DNA of 64,000 bases, from the NCBI GenBank assembly GCA_002436405.1, contig DJLZ01000001.1, positions 270,001-334,000 on the forward strand, read 5' to 3'. Numbering within the stretch: position 1 is the stretch's first letter; each line of letters begins with the position of its first letter. A program made the position numbers and the translations under genes. This document shows positions 48,740 through 57,995 of the stretch, piece by piece. Below the pieces are notes generated by a model that was given only the letters and a program-made list of their open reading frames with translations, ran no database searches and had not been told where the DNA came from. Source of the DNA: Proteobacteria bacterium UBA6503. GTDB lineage: Bacteria > Pseudomonadota > Alphaproteobacteria > UBA1280 > UBA6503.

Positions 48740-48976
48740 GTGCTTTTCGTTTGGCTTAACCGCATTCTTTTCGCCCTATTTGTGGCCATTGGTGTGCTGT
48801 TCAGCTTCGAAAACCGTCAGCCGCTTACATTTACTGTAGCCGGCGCTGACTACACCACCAAAGCGTACCTAGTGCTTATTGGCGCTGTGGCGATTGGGTT
48901 TACAATTGGCGTTGTTCTTTCAGCGTTAAACACCAAAGCCAAACAAGTTAAAAAGCTGATGTCTAAAAACCAATAA
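48740..48976 (+). CDS. Small 2-TM inner membrane protein (LapA/DUF1049-like, follows ihfB)
   Basis: 78 aa, two TM helices. A position conserved for lapA in many proteobacteria. Terminator downstream. Confidence 0.45.
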   Translation: MLFVWLNRILFALFVAIGVLFSFENRQPLTFTVAGADYTTKAYLVLIGAVAIGFTIGVVLSALNTKAKQVKKLMSKNQ

Positions 48977-49061
48977 GCTTTTAACACACCATTAAAAAAG
49001 GCTCCCGAGGGATAAAACCCGGGAGCCTTTTTAGTACTTAAGCTAACTTAAGCAGCCAAGC

Positions 49062-49610
49062 TTACGCAGCCTTACCGTCTTCTTCACGCTTGATTGCTTC
49101 AACAATCATTTCTTTTGCGCGAGCAGCATCAGCCCAGTTAGAAACTTTCACCCATTTGCCTGGCTCAAGTGCTTTGTAGTTTTCGTAGAAGTGACGAATA
49201 CGATCACGTAGCATTGAGTCAAATTTGTCTAGGTCGGCCATGTCTTTAATGTCTTTAAAGCGGGCATCTAGTTTTTCGTGTGGTACACATACGATTTTAG
49301 CATCTACGCCTGATTCGTCTTCCATTTCAAGAACAGCTACAGGGCGGGCACGTACAACACAACGTGGCACTACAGGGATGTCTGTTACCAACAAAGCGTC
49401 AATCGGGTCACCGTCTTCACCTAGGGTGTGTGGCACGTAGCCGTAGTGACATGGCATAAACATTGGTGTTGGCATAAAGCGGTCAACCACTAGCTCGCCT
49501 GAGTCTTTGTCGATTTCGTATTTAATGTGAATCTGCTGGGCAGGAATTTCGATGATAACGTTTACGTCGTTTGGTACATCTTTACCTGCAGGCACTTTAT
49601 GAACAGCCAT
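49062..49610 (-). CDS. ppa: Inorganic pyrophosphatase
   Basis: 182 aa. Family I PPase motifs (DGDPIDAL, HYGYVPHT). Confidence 0.9.
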   Translation of the reverse strand: MAVHKVPAGKDVPNDVNVIIEIPAQQIHIKYEIDKDSGELVVDRFMPTPMFMPCHYGYVPHTLGEDGDPIDALLVTDIPVVPRCVVRARPVAVLEMEDESGVDAKIVCVPHEKLDARFKDIKDMADLDKFDSMLRDRIRHFYENYKALEPGKWVKVSNWADAARAKEMIVEAIKREEDGKAA

Positions 49611-49848
49611 TTGTATAGACCTCTTGTTGGTTTAAATTCTGGTGGTTATTTAACCCCAAACCCACCTAAAAAACCAGTAAAAACATAGAAAAGCACGCAC
49701 CTGCCACCCTTAAACAGAGCCCAAGCTTGTATTTCCATAAGGCCACACCTATAACAAGGGCGCTGTGGCCATTCGCTTTTTGTTTTTGACGCCGCAAGCC
49801 GCGCAGTTTATAAAGAGACCCCTACTAAAAAACCTAAAGGTTAAGTTA

Positions 49849-50709
49849 ATGAGTTGGTTAAAGAACATCATCCGCCCCAAAATCGCGACTAAAACCAAAC
49901 GCGATATGCCAAGCAATATCTGGGAAAAATGCCCCGGCTGTGGCGACATGCTTTACGGCAAAGATCTTGAGATTTCAGCCCGTGTATGTAACGGCTGCGG
50001 ACACCACCTAAAATTTTCAGTTGAGCAACGCCTTGAGCACCTTCTTGATGAGGGCACATGGTCTGAAGTTGAGCAACCACACCTTAAAGCCGACCACCTT
50101 AAATTTAAAGACCGTAAGTCATACTCTGACCGTTTGCGTGTTGCCCGCCGTGATCGTGGCCGCCGTGATGGTATTGTTGTAGGGAACGGCAAAATTGAAG
50201 GCTACCCCCTCACCCTTTGCCTGATGGATTTTGACTTTATGGCAGGCTCAATGGGTACAGCCACTGGTAACGGCATTATTAACGCTGCTGAAATTGCCTA
50301 CGAGAAAAAACAACCGCTACTGCTTGTTGCAGCCTCAGGCGGTGCCCGTATGCAAGAGGGCATTTTGTCGCTGATGCAAATGGCCCGTACATCAGCTGCG
50401 CTCCTTAAACTTAAAGAAGCTGGCATCCCTTACTTTGTTATGCTGACCAACCCAACAACAGGTGGTGTAACTGCAAGTTTTGCCATGCAGGCTGACTTTA
50501 CCTTGGCCGAGCCTCGTGCCCTTATTGGTTTTGCTGGCCCACGTGTTATCCAGCAAACTATTGGTGCAACCTTGCCTGAAGGCTTCCAAACAGCTGAGTA
50601 CCTGCTTGAAAACGGTATGATTGATGCCGTCGTACCACGCCAACAACAGCGCCAATACCTTGGCAACCTGATGAACACTTTATCGCTTCCAAAGGCATTT
50701 AAGGCCTAG
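49849..50709 (+). CDS. accD: Acetyl-CoA carboxylase carboxyltransferase beta subunit
   Basis: Start MSWLKN. N-terminal Cys4 zinc finger CPGCG...CNGCGHH. Carboxyltransferase fold. Confidence 0.9.
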   Translation: MSWLKNIIRPKIATKTKRDMPSNIWEKCPGCGDMLYGKDLEISARVCNGCGHHLKFSVEQRLEHLLDEGTWSEVEQPHLKADHLKFKDRKSYSDRLRVARRDRGRRDGIVVGNGKIEGYPLTLCLMDFDFMAGSMGTATGNGIINAAEIAYEKKQPLLLVAASGGARMQEGILSLMQMARTSAALLKLKEAGIPYFVMLTNPTTGGVTASFAMQADFTLAEPRALIGFAGPRVIQQTIGATLPEGFQTAEYLLENGMIDAVVPRQQQRQYLGNLMNTLSLPKAFKA

Positions 50710-50892
50710 AAACCACTCTTAAACCGCCTAAAAGCTAAAAACTTTATAAATTCGCCCCCTTTTACATAAAAGGGGGTTGATTTTTTGTGTCATATGCCGC
50801 ATAAACCCTGCTCATTCATATCTTCATTCATTTTTATAATTCTTATTTTCCTCTGATTTTATTCCGTAAAAAACAAGAAGGATGTATTGCCC

Positions 50893-51264
50893 ATGGCAAA
50901 TTTCAAACTTTCCCCCGCACAAGTCGGCACCCTCAACGAGGCGATTGTCGCACTTGATGCCATCGGCACCCAGCACTCGACCGAGTCGGTCTTCGGTGAA
51001 TATGGTTTTTACCGCCGGCAAGATAATTCCGAGCGCAAGGTCATGGCCATCGGCCAATTCTGCGAAACCCTTGAGGACATTCGCACCCAACTGCACGAAG
51101 CTGCGGTCGATAATGACCTCTCCGAAGATGAGCGCCGCCATTACAAGCTGCTTGAAGGCCGTATCGATACGCTGATTACCGCCGTCAAGCTGGTGGCCAG
51201 CCGCCACAAGGCCCGCCGCCTGCTGAGCCGCATGGGTGATTCGCTCTTCGGCCCGGGGCACTAG
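50893..51264 (+). CDS. Hypothetical cytoplasmic protein, cassette E, GC-rich
   Basis: 124 aa from the ATG (ORF track used a TTG 6 nt upstream). AAGGA SD, CT- and AT-rich leader, own terminator. The overlapping minus-strand ORF 50824-51261 is judged a shadow. Confidence 0.5.
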   Translation: MANFKLSPAQVGTLNEAIVALDAIGTQHSTESVFGEYGFYRRQDNSERKVMAIGQFCETLEDIRTQLHEAAVDNDLSEDERRHYKLLEGRIDTLITAVKLVASRHKARRLLSRMGDSLFGPGH

Positions 51265-51299
51265 CCTCTATCGGCTTTAATACCCCTTAACGTTCCCCT

Positions 51300-51332
51300 G
51301 ACCGGCTTACCTTTGTGTAAGCCGGTCTTTTT
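51300..51332 (+). terminator. Rho-independent terminator (11-bp stem gaccggcttac/gtaagccggtc, T5)
   Basis: Read directly. Confidence 0.7.
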
Positions 51333-51377
51333 ATTGGGTTTTCCCCTGATTTATTTAGCTTTTTTTGCCTTTTTTTG

Positions 51378-51586
51378 TTGCACAGACCTGATAAATCACG
51401 TAAATATGCCTCCCTATAGTGCAGTTTTGGCTTATAGGGTTACCAGTTCAAACAACGAACCTTTCGCCCTTAAAGTGGCTGCGGCGCTGGATAAGCGCCC
51501 CAACCCGCCTCTGCTGCCCGCTCTAAACAACGGTGTTGTTTTGGGGTTCTACCCAAGACCAACGCTAGAAATGAAAGGATAGGCAC
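51378..51586 (+). promoter_or_regulatory. rpmI-rplT promoter (TTGCAC-N17-TAAATA) and ~175-nt structured leader, candidate L20 autoregulatory site
   Basis: Long untranslated leader with hairpins (ggcgctggataagcgcc and others) before rpmI. E. coli L20 represses rpmI translation through such a leader. Confidence 0.4.
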
Positions 51587-51784
51587 ATGCCAAAAATGAA
51601 GACCAAGCGTTCTGCTGCTAAGCGTTTTAAAGTAACGCCAAACGGCAAAATCAAGCGTGCACAAGCATACCACAGCCACGAACTAAGCAAGATGGGCCAA
51701 AAAGCTGGCAGCCTTGCAGGCACAACACTAGTAAGCGATGCCGATGCTCCACGCATCAAGCGCATGCTTCCTTACGCCAAGTAA
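51587..51784 (+). CDS. rpmI: 50S ribosomal protein L35
   Basis: 65 aa. MPKMKTKRSAAKRFK... Confidence 0.9.
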   Translation: MPKMKTKRSAAKRFKVTPNGKIKRAQAYHSHELSKMGQKAGSLAGTTLVSDADAPRIKRMLPYAK

Positions 51785-51806
51785 TTCAAGATAAAGGGTA
51801 TAAAGT

Positions 51807-52163
51807 ATGTCACGCGTTAAAACTGGCGTAGTACGCCGCCAAGCACACAAAAAAGTTATCAAAGCTGCCAAGGGTTTCCGTGGTCGCCGTAAAAACACAA
51901 TCCGCGTTGCGAAGCAAGCTGTTGAAAAATCACTACAGTACGCTTACCGCGACCGTCGTACGAAGAAACGTGAATTCCGTTCACTATGGATCGTACGTAT
52001 CAACGCTGCCGTGCGTGAGCAAGGCATGAGCTACTCAACATTCATGAACGGCCTGAAAAAAGCTGAGATTGATGTTGACCGTAAGGTACTAGCACACATC
52101 GCTATGAACGACTCAACAGCGTTCGAAGCTATTGTGAAGCAAGCTAAAGCCGCTCTTAAATAG
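51807..52163 (+). CDS. rplT: 50S ribosomal protein L20
   Basis: 118 aa. [17 protein letters not shown]... Confidence 0.95.
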   Translation: MSRVKTGVVRRQAHKKVIKAAKGFRGRRKNTIRVAKQAVEKSLQYAYRDRRTKKREFRSLWIVRINAAVREQGMSYSTFMNGLKKAEIDVDRKVLAHIAMNDSTAFEAIVKQAKAALK

Positions 52164-52180
52164 TAGCCGCTTACAGCATT

Positions 52181-52211
52181 AAAAAGCCCCGAGGCAACTC
52201 GGGGCTTTTTG
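52181..52211. terminator. Bidirectional rho-independent terminator
   Basis: aaaaagccccgaggcaactcggggctttttg. Serves rplT on the plus strand and the convergent hydrolase gene on the minus strand. Confidence 0.7.
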
Positions 52212-52231
52212 TTATTTATTGTGCCTTCTCG

Positions 52232-53023
52232 TTATTCCCAAACAGGCAGTGTTTCAAGTGCTGCGCGCAGGGCATCAAGGTTTTGAGGTTCGCTAAAACG
52301 GTGGTTCGCATGGGGGAAAATGCGGACTTCAACATCGTCACCGCCCAACTGCTCGGCCACTTGCACTGAAGTTTGCCACGGCACAGCGTCATCGGCCGTT
52401 CCATGCAGGAGGCGTACAGGGCATTTAATTTTATCTAGGTGTTTATCCATCAATAGGTGTGTGCGGCCATCACGGATAAGCTCAAACCCAATGTGCCATT
52501 CGCTGCCATCCCATGAAGGTTCAGCCTTATAGCCTTTTGCTTCCCAGTCTTTTTGCTCAGCTTCAGATAAGGGTTTCCAGTAAAGCTCTTCGGTAAAATC
52601 GCAGGCGTTAGCAACGCTCACAATGCCCTTAACTTTATTAGGCAGGGCTTTTGCCAATAGCAATGTAAGCCAACCACCTGTTGAGCTGCCGACCACCACA
52701 ACAGGCTTTTTAAGAATATTTTCGATAAGGTGGGTTGCCGCTTCTAGGGCGTGCGTAATAGTAAAATCAATAAACTCACCGTCAGAGTCGCCATGGCAAG
52801 GGTAGTCTAGTGTCGCAAAATCAATACCGTTTTTAGCGCACCACGCTTTGCCTGTTTCAATCTTCCCGCCTAGGCGGTCAGAGTGCAAGCCATGCAAAAA
52901 TAATACAGCTGGTTTACTGCGGCCTTGAGTTTGCGGAATAGACTCATAAACCACTTTATAATCTTTTTTGCTGCCCTTCTCGCTAATTGCCAAGGTGAAG
53001 GTGTTTGCTGTATGCTCTGTCAT
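52232..53023 (-). CDS. Alpha/beta-fold hydrolase (esterase/lipase family)
   Basis: 263 aa. HGLHSD, GSSTGG nucleophile elbow, His near the C-terminus. Confidence 0.65.
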   Translation of the reverse strand: MTEHTANTFTLAISEKGSKKDYKVVYESIPQTQGRSKPAVLFLHGLHSDRLGGKIETGKAWCAKNGIDFATLDYPCHGDSDGEFIDFTITHALEAATHLIENILKKPVVVVGSSTGGWLTLLLAKALPNKVKGIVSVANACDFTEELYWKPLSEAEQKDWEAKGYKAEPSWDGSEWHIGFELIRDGRTHLLMDKHLDKIKCPVRLLHGTADDAVPWQTSVQVAEQLGGDDVEVRIFPHANHRFSEPQNLDALRAALETLPVWE

Positions 53024-53104
53024 CGTAAAAAGGCTTTATCTTGTTTTTATTTTAAGAACACCCATAGCCTACACTAAAAAATAAAAATCATCTAGGTTAC
53101 CCAC

Positions 53105-54286
53105 GTGAGCGAACAACCTGAACAGCAGCAGCCTCAAAGCCCCCAGAAAGACCCTCAAAAAGGCATAGGGCTTAAAGTTTTGCACACCTGTGCCACTCTA
53201 GATGGCCATGGGTATCAAATGCTGCAAATTGCCCAGTACGCCACTGAACATAACCACATGAGTTATGTGGCCTGTGCCGAGTCTAGCTCAGCAACTCCCT
53301 ACCTTGAAAAGCTTCTTCGTGTGGGTGGCATGCATATTCCTAGCCCGTTTGATACACCAAGCTCAGCCTTAAAAGCACCTGTTGAAGGCTACAAGCTTGC
53401 AGCACACATTAAAGAAAATGGCATCGATATGATTCACGCCCACGATGCCCGCACCATTCCGGTAGCGCTTTGGGCCAGTAAGTTTAGCGGCGTGCCTGTA
53501 GTGGTGAGCGCCAATACAACCGAAACGCCAAATCGCGTATTGCGTAAGTCATACGGTATTGTTGCACCAAGCCTTTACATGGCTAAAAAAGTAGGGCTCA
53601 AGGGCGTCCATATTTTGCCTCCAAGCTATGACCCTGTTGACTTGCATAATAAGAACATTGACGCCGATGCAGTTGATGGCCTTTGGGCCGAATGGGACGT
53701 GCCCACAGCCACCAGCGTGATTTTGGTGACCGAGCCTCTACGTGAAGAAAATGGCTATCGCCACCTTATCGAAGCCTTTGGCCTGATGAAAAAGATACCG
53801 TTTAAAGCGATTATTTGCGCCAACTACACGGAACAACAAGCCCTGTTTACTGACCTTTGGAAGCGCATTGAAGCACTAGGCATTAGTAAAGAGGTTTTGT
53901 TTATCGATAAACCGACCGATAGCAACGCTATGAAAAATGTTTTATCGGCGTGTGATGTTGTGGTTTTCCCTAATAACAACCCAGACGCCGAAGCCCAAAG
54001 CGTTGTGAATGCACAAGCCATGGGTAAAGCCGTTGTTGTGCACTCACCAAGTAACCGTGCCGAGGTTGTAGACTCGGGTAAAACTGGCTGGCTTGTGAAC
54101 CTTGAAAACCCTGAAACGGCCGCCAACAAGCTAAGCCTTGTTTTAAAAGACGCCACTACCGACATGACGCGCCTCCAAAAAATGGGCACAACTGCAACAA
54201 GGCATTGCAAAGAACACTACACAACCGCCGCCGTCTGTACGGAACTATTTGCTTTTTACGACCAAATTCGCCACGCTAGTAGCTAA
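53105..54286 (+). CDS. GT-B glycosyltransferase, group 1 (GT4-like)
   Basis: 393 aa. C-terminal EAQ...G..VV...S...EVV..G.TGWLV pattern of GT4 enzymes. Gln-rich N-terminus. Confidence 0.6.
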   Translation: MSEQPEQQQPQSPQKDPQKGIGLKVLHTCATLDGHGYQMLQIAQYATEHNHMSYVACAESSSATPYLEKLLRVGGMHIPSPFDTPSSALKAPVEGYKLAAHIKENGIDMIHAHDARTIPVALWASKFSGVPVVVSANTTETPNRVLRKSYGIVAPSLYMAKKVGLKGVHILPPSYDPVDLHNKNIDADAVDGLWAEWDVPTATSVILVTEPLREENGYRHLIEAFGLMKKIPFKAIICANYTEQQALFTDLWKRIEALGISKEVLFIDKPTDSNAMKNVLSACDVVVFPNNNPDAEAQSVVNAQAMGKAVVVHSPSNRAEVVDSGKTGWLVNLENPETAANKLSLVLKDATTDMTRLQKMGTTATRHCKEHYTTAAVCTELFAFYDQIRHASS

Positions 54287-54310
54287 GAGTTGAATTTTTA
54301 AAGAGCACAC

Positions 54311-54598
54311 ATGCCTAAATTTTTAATTGTTTTCTACATGCTACTGGCCACAACGCCGCTGCTTTTGCAGGGGTGCTCGCCTGCTTTTGAATGGGACGAT
54401 GCCCGCACTTGGGGCCCTGAAAGCAACCACGCCCGCTATGCGCGTGAAATCCGCGAGTCATGCGAAGAAGCTGCCCACACCGACCAAAGCAAACGTATTG
54501 TTGCCGTAAACGGTGTTGATGAAAACTACTACCACACCGAGTGCATCCCCTACACCTCAGCGCCGCCACAATACATGAACCGTATGGAAGGCCGCTAA
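54311..54598 (+). CDS. Small lipoprotein
   Basis: 95 aa. Lipobox LLLQGCS. Confidence 0.4.
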   Translation: MPKFLIVFYMLLATTPLLLQGCSPAFEWDDARTWGPESNHARYAREIRESCEEAAHTDQSKRIVAVNGVDENYYHTECIPYTSAPPQYMNRMEGR

Positions 54599-54599
54599 G

Positions 54600-54911
54600 A
54601 TGAAAGGTAATCTTCAAGAAACCGTTGCACATTACAACGATTCATTCGCTACAGCTATTTTGGTGTTCGTGGAAGACACCACCATTGGCCTGCTAGTTTT
54701 CTTGTTCTGGATTTTCATCCTCATGCGTGCTTCACGCCCGCTGCGCACCACAAGCAAAGGCACCACACGCGATAACTCACTGTGGGTGATTGCAACTGTG
54801 GTTTCATTAGCATTGCTCTGCACCATCATGACGATGGGCATCTACTTAGATATTAAGTTTGCGATTTTTGGTGCCTTTAAAGGCTCGATTATTCAGGCAA
54901 TATTTTCTTAA
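54600..54911 (+). CDS. Small 2-3 TM membrane protein
   Basis: 103 aa. Start abuts the previous stop. Confidence 0.4.
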   Translation: MKGNLQETVAHYNDSFATAILVFVEDTTIGLLVFLFWIFILMRASRPLRTTSKGTTRDNSLWVIATVVSLALLCTIMTMGIYLDIKFAIFGAFKGSIIQAIFS

Positions 54912-54919
54912 CAAAAGAC

Positions 54920-55534
54920 TTAGAAGCTTGCCTGCTGGCGAACCTGCTCACCCTCATACCACTGGATCATCTTCGCACCGGCTTGTTTGCCGCAAGCCTG
55001 CACAACCTCGCGTGCCGTAATGTAGTCACGGGCAGGGTCAAAAGCTGTGTTTGAAGCATCAGCCAAAGTGGCTTTCATCACCAAGTGCATTTGAGCACAC
55101 ACTTTGTTGTGGCCTGTCGCTGCACCGCTTAAGGCCATCGCCTCGCCCGCTGGGCCGCTGGCTGTTTTAGCTGCTTTTTCAGCTGCAGCAGGGTCTGCCA
55201 AGAAGTGCAAACCAGGAATAGCCGCAAGGCGCTTAATGGTTTCGGCAAATTCGTCGTTTGATTGCATGCCTTCGGCAGGCTTCAGAATATTATGCGTGGT
55301 CACAGGGCCAGTCGCCGCCTTTTCGGCCTGGTTCAGCGTAAGGCGCAAAATGCCCTCGGTGCGGTTAGAATCTTCAACGGTTTGCAAAACCATATTGTTG
55401 GCTTCATCTAACGTAAAAATAACATGACATGGTTCAGTCTCTGGGTTGCAGGCAAGTGCTGACTCAACAGCTACAAAACTTAAAATAATCCCCCAAAAAA
55501 TGGCCATCCCTAGCCTGAAATGTGTGCTCATCAA
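54920..55534 (-). CDS. Secreted protein of unknown function
   Basis: 204 aa. Signal peptide with ALAC. Ala-rich. Confidence 0.4.
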   Translation of the reverse strand: MMSTHFRLGMAIFWGIILSFVAVESALACNPETEPCHVIFTLDEANNMVLQTVEDSNRTEGILRLTLNQAEKAATGPVTTHNILKPAEGMQSNDEFAETIKRLAAIPGLHFLADPAAAEKAAKTASGPAGEAMALSGAATGHNKVCAQMHLVMKATLADASNTAFDPARDYITAREVVQACGKQAGAKMIQWYEGEQVRQQASF

Positions 55535-55628
55535 CCTATTTCTTTAATTTTGTTTTTATATTGATATACATATAAGCATTCTTAAAATGCTTTTAAACCC
55601 CTGTCATCAAAGGTTTTTTGAGCCTTTA

Positions 55629-56192
55629 CTATGGGCTTGGTGCAATCACAACGCTCAAGGTATCGGTATGTAGCCCGTTACTGCTAGAGCCTGATACATC
55701 TGCATTGGTTACACGCACACGAATACGAGCATTATCAGCGCCCAATGTCACACATGAGTCATTGGTTGTGGCGGCATTCGCACGTGTTGTAATCGGCACA
55801 CCTTCAGTGGCAGCAACATAGTTAGCGCCAGTGCCAGAGTCATCATACTCAACCGAATAGGTCACAACGCTGGTGCCATTTTCCATCTGAAACTGGCCAA
55901 CGCCATTTGCGCTTGAAAGGGTTACTTGGTAGCCGCCAAGGCCATTATCGTAAACACAAAGAGGGTCAAACCCTGTCAGCGGCGAGGTTGCGGCGTCAAA
56001 AGTACCGAGTGGAATATCGTTAATATTGTTCACGCGCATTTCGCGCTGAACGGTAATGATAATGTTTGAGCGCCCCGTTGAGGTTGGGCCCAATGTACCA
56101 TCAGTTGCGGCATGCGCAACATAACCAGCCCCAACCCCTAGTGCAGAAGTTGCGACAAAAAAGACACTGAATAAACCTGTACGGAATGCCAC
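55629..56192 (-). CDS. Secreted SCPU-domain (spore coat protein U / Csu-type pilin-like) protein, long form
   Basis: 187 aa. Signal peptide. GTLGPTSTG...NIIITV...DIPLGTFD N-terminal strand, conserved Cys pair, C-terminal SVVIAPSP. Paralog of 56789-57346. Confidence 0.6.
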   Translation of the reverse strand: MAFRTGLFSVFFVATSALGVGAGYVAHAATDGTLGPTSTGRSNIIITVQREMRVNNINDIPLGTFDAATSPLTGFDPLCVYDNGLGGYQVTLSSANGVGQFQMENGTSVVTYSVEYDDSGTGANYVAATEGVPITTRANAATTNDSCVTLGADNARIRVRVTNADVSGSSSNGLHTDTLSVVIAPSP

Positions 56193-56282
56193 TTTTTATT
56201 TTCCTGTGTTACCATAAGCATTAAGCCAATACACTGACTGATGAAACTATATCACAGCTAATTACAACTAAGAACGGACCTT

Positions 56283-56756
56283 ATGATGCGCGCCCTACCT
56301 TTTACATTAGCTATGTTGTTTATGTGTGCCACTGTTGGTTTTGCCCTGACACCCTCAGCCTACGCCCAAAACGTGATTATTACTGGGATGGACGATTATA
56401 ACTTCGGTACCCACGTTGCAGGAAGCGGAACAAAGCAGCAAACCCAAGCTTTTTGCGTTGGTAAATCAGCTGGTAACAAAAACTGGAATGGTACCATCAA
56501 CGGCAGTGGTGCAGGTGGTGCCTTCACCATTACAGATGGGGCCGGCAACACCATACCCTTTACAGTGCGCCGCCTACCAAACCCAACATATACAGCAGGT
56601 GTTTCAAATAGTGCCAACCAAGCTGATAATAACGCCCCTCTAGATTGCAACGGCACAGACAACCAAGACCTTAGGATTGAAATGACGGGGGCCAACCTTG
56701 ATGGCGTACCAGCTGGTACCTACACAGGTTATATTGATGTCACTGTTAGCCCATAA
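56283..56756 (+). CDS. Secreted SCPU-like protein, short form
   Basis: 157 aa. Signal ...AYAQ. GAGGAFTITDGAGNTIPFTV, Cys pair, PAGTYTGYIDVTVSP C-terminus. Paralog of 57424-57888. Confidence 0.6.
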   Translation: MMRALPFTLAMLFMCATVGFALTPSAYAQNVIITGMDDYNFGTHVAGSGTKQQTQAFCVGKSAGNKNWNGTINGSGAGGAFTITDGAGNTIPFTVRRLPNPTYTAGVSNSANQADNNAPLDCNGTDNQDLRIEMTGANLDGVPAGTYTGYIDVTVSP

Positions 56757-56788
56757 TACTTTTTAAATTGGCTTAGATAAAATACTGA

Positions 56789-57346
56789 CTATGGGTCTGG
56801 CGCAACAGTAATAGAAAGAACATCGGAATAACTTCCAGCAGGGGCTCCTGTTGCGGCACTATTCAAAACTGTTACTCGTACCATCGCATTATCAGCAGCA
56901 CCTGTAGGGGTGCAGTTCCCTGTATTAGGTGAAGGGTTTGTATTTCCACTAATTGGCACACCCGCCATAACCGGCACAAGGCCTGACCCCGTGTTGGTGT
57001 CATCAAACGCAACCTCATAAGCAATGGTGTTTCCAGCTGAATCCAATTCAAACGCACCCGGTGTATTTGTTCCGTTAAACGTAATATTATAGGTGTAACC
57101 ACTTGCCGCACCGCTATCATGCACACAGAATAAATCCTGAGCAGACTGGGCCGGCTGAGAGAAATCAAATGTTCCCAAGTTAATATCAGTCAGCCGAAAC
57201 ACGCGAACACGCCGGAAAATTTCGACTTCCAAGTTAATCATAAATGTTGAGGTGGCACCAAGAGTGCCTTGAACAACAGCTCCCGCATATGGCGCAGCCA
57301 TGTTCCCTAATAAAGCTGAGAAAAGTAGTATAAATGCCTTCATCAC
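56789..57346 (-). CDS. Secreted SCPU-domain protein, long form (paralog)
   Basis: 185 aa. GTLGATSTFMINLEV...DINLGTFDF, PGAFELDSAGNTIAYEVAFDD, C-terminal SITVAPDP. Confidence 0.6.
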   Translation of the reverse strand: MMKAFILLFSALLGNMAAPYAGAVVQGTLGATSTFMINLEVEIFRRVRVFRLTDINLGTFDFSQPAQSAQDLFCVHDSGAASGYTYNITFNGTNTPGAFELDSAGNTIAYEVAFDDTNTGSGLVPVMAGVPISGNTNPSPNTGNCTPTGAADNAMVRVTVLNSAATGAPAGSYSDVLSITVAPDP

Positions 57347-57423
57347 ACATAAAAATATGGCTTAAACACACTGCACCGCAACAAAATAATGACTTTAAAT
57401 AACAAACAAGCTATTTTTTAAGA

Positions 57424-57888
57424 ATGCGATTAAAGATATTTACAACACTATTCCTTTTTCTTGTAGCAAGCGCTCCGCTTGACGTATATGCGCAAAATAT
57501 TCAGGCCTTCAACGCCGAAGATATCGACTATGGCAGCTGGATTCCTGGTGATGGTAACTTACAAAACAATGACTTTTTTTGTGTTTATAAAGATGCAGGC
57601 AACCGCCGATGGGACGTTGTTGCCAACGGCGATGGGCCAGGTGGTGCATTTGAACTTAACGATGGTATGGGCAACACCCTAACCATTAACCGTGTACGTG
57701 TTAAAGCCGTTGACCTTACCCCTGGCGTTACCGCAACAAACCTTGGCGGGGCTGATAATTCGGCACCTGCCGACTGCGGCGGGTCCGACAACCAGCGCCT
57801 TCGCGTTCGCCTACTTCAATCAGATATGGTTAACGTTCCTCCTGGCACATATACAGGTACCCTTACCTTTACTGTGAGTCCAAACTAA
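57424..57888 (+). CDS. Secreted SCPU-like protein, short form (paralog)
   Basis: 154 aa. GPGGAFELNDGMGNTLTINRV, PPGTYTGTLTFTVSPN. Confidence 0.6.
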   Translation: MRLKIFTTLFLFLVASAPLDVYAQNIQAFNAEDIDYGSWIPGDGNLQNNDFFCVYKDAGNRRWDVVANGDGPGGAFELNDGMGNTLTINRVRVKAVDLTPGVTATNLGGADNSAPADCGGSDNQRLRVRLLQSDMVNVPPGTYTGTLTFTVSPN

Positions 57889-57995
57889 AAAAACCCGAAA
57901 AACGCCCCTTTTTTGGCTTTACAGCCTTGATTTTTAGGGGTAATCGGTCACAATACTTTCCTAAAGTTTAATTTATATAAAAATAGGTGTTTTAA

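Noticed and set aside
50824-51261. 145-aa minus-strand ORF overlapping cassette E
   Set aside because: The plus-strand frame has an SD, promoter-like element and its own terminator. The minus frame has none and a repetitive composition.
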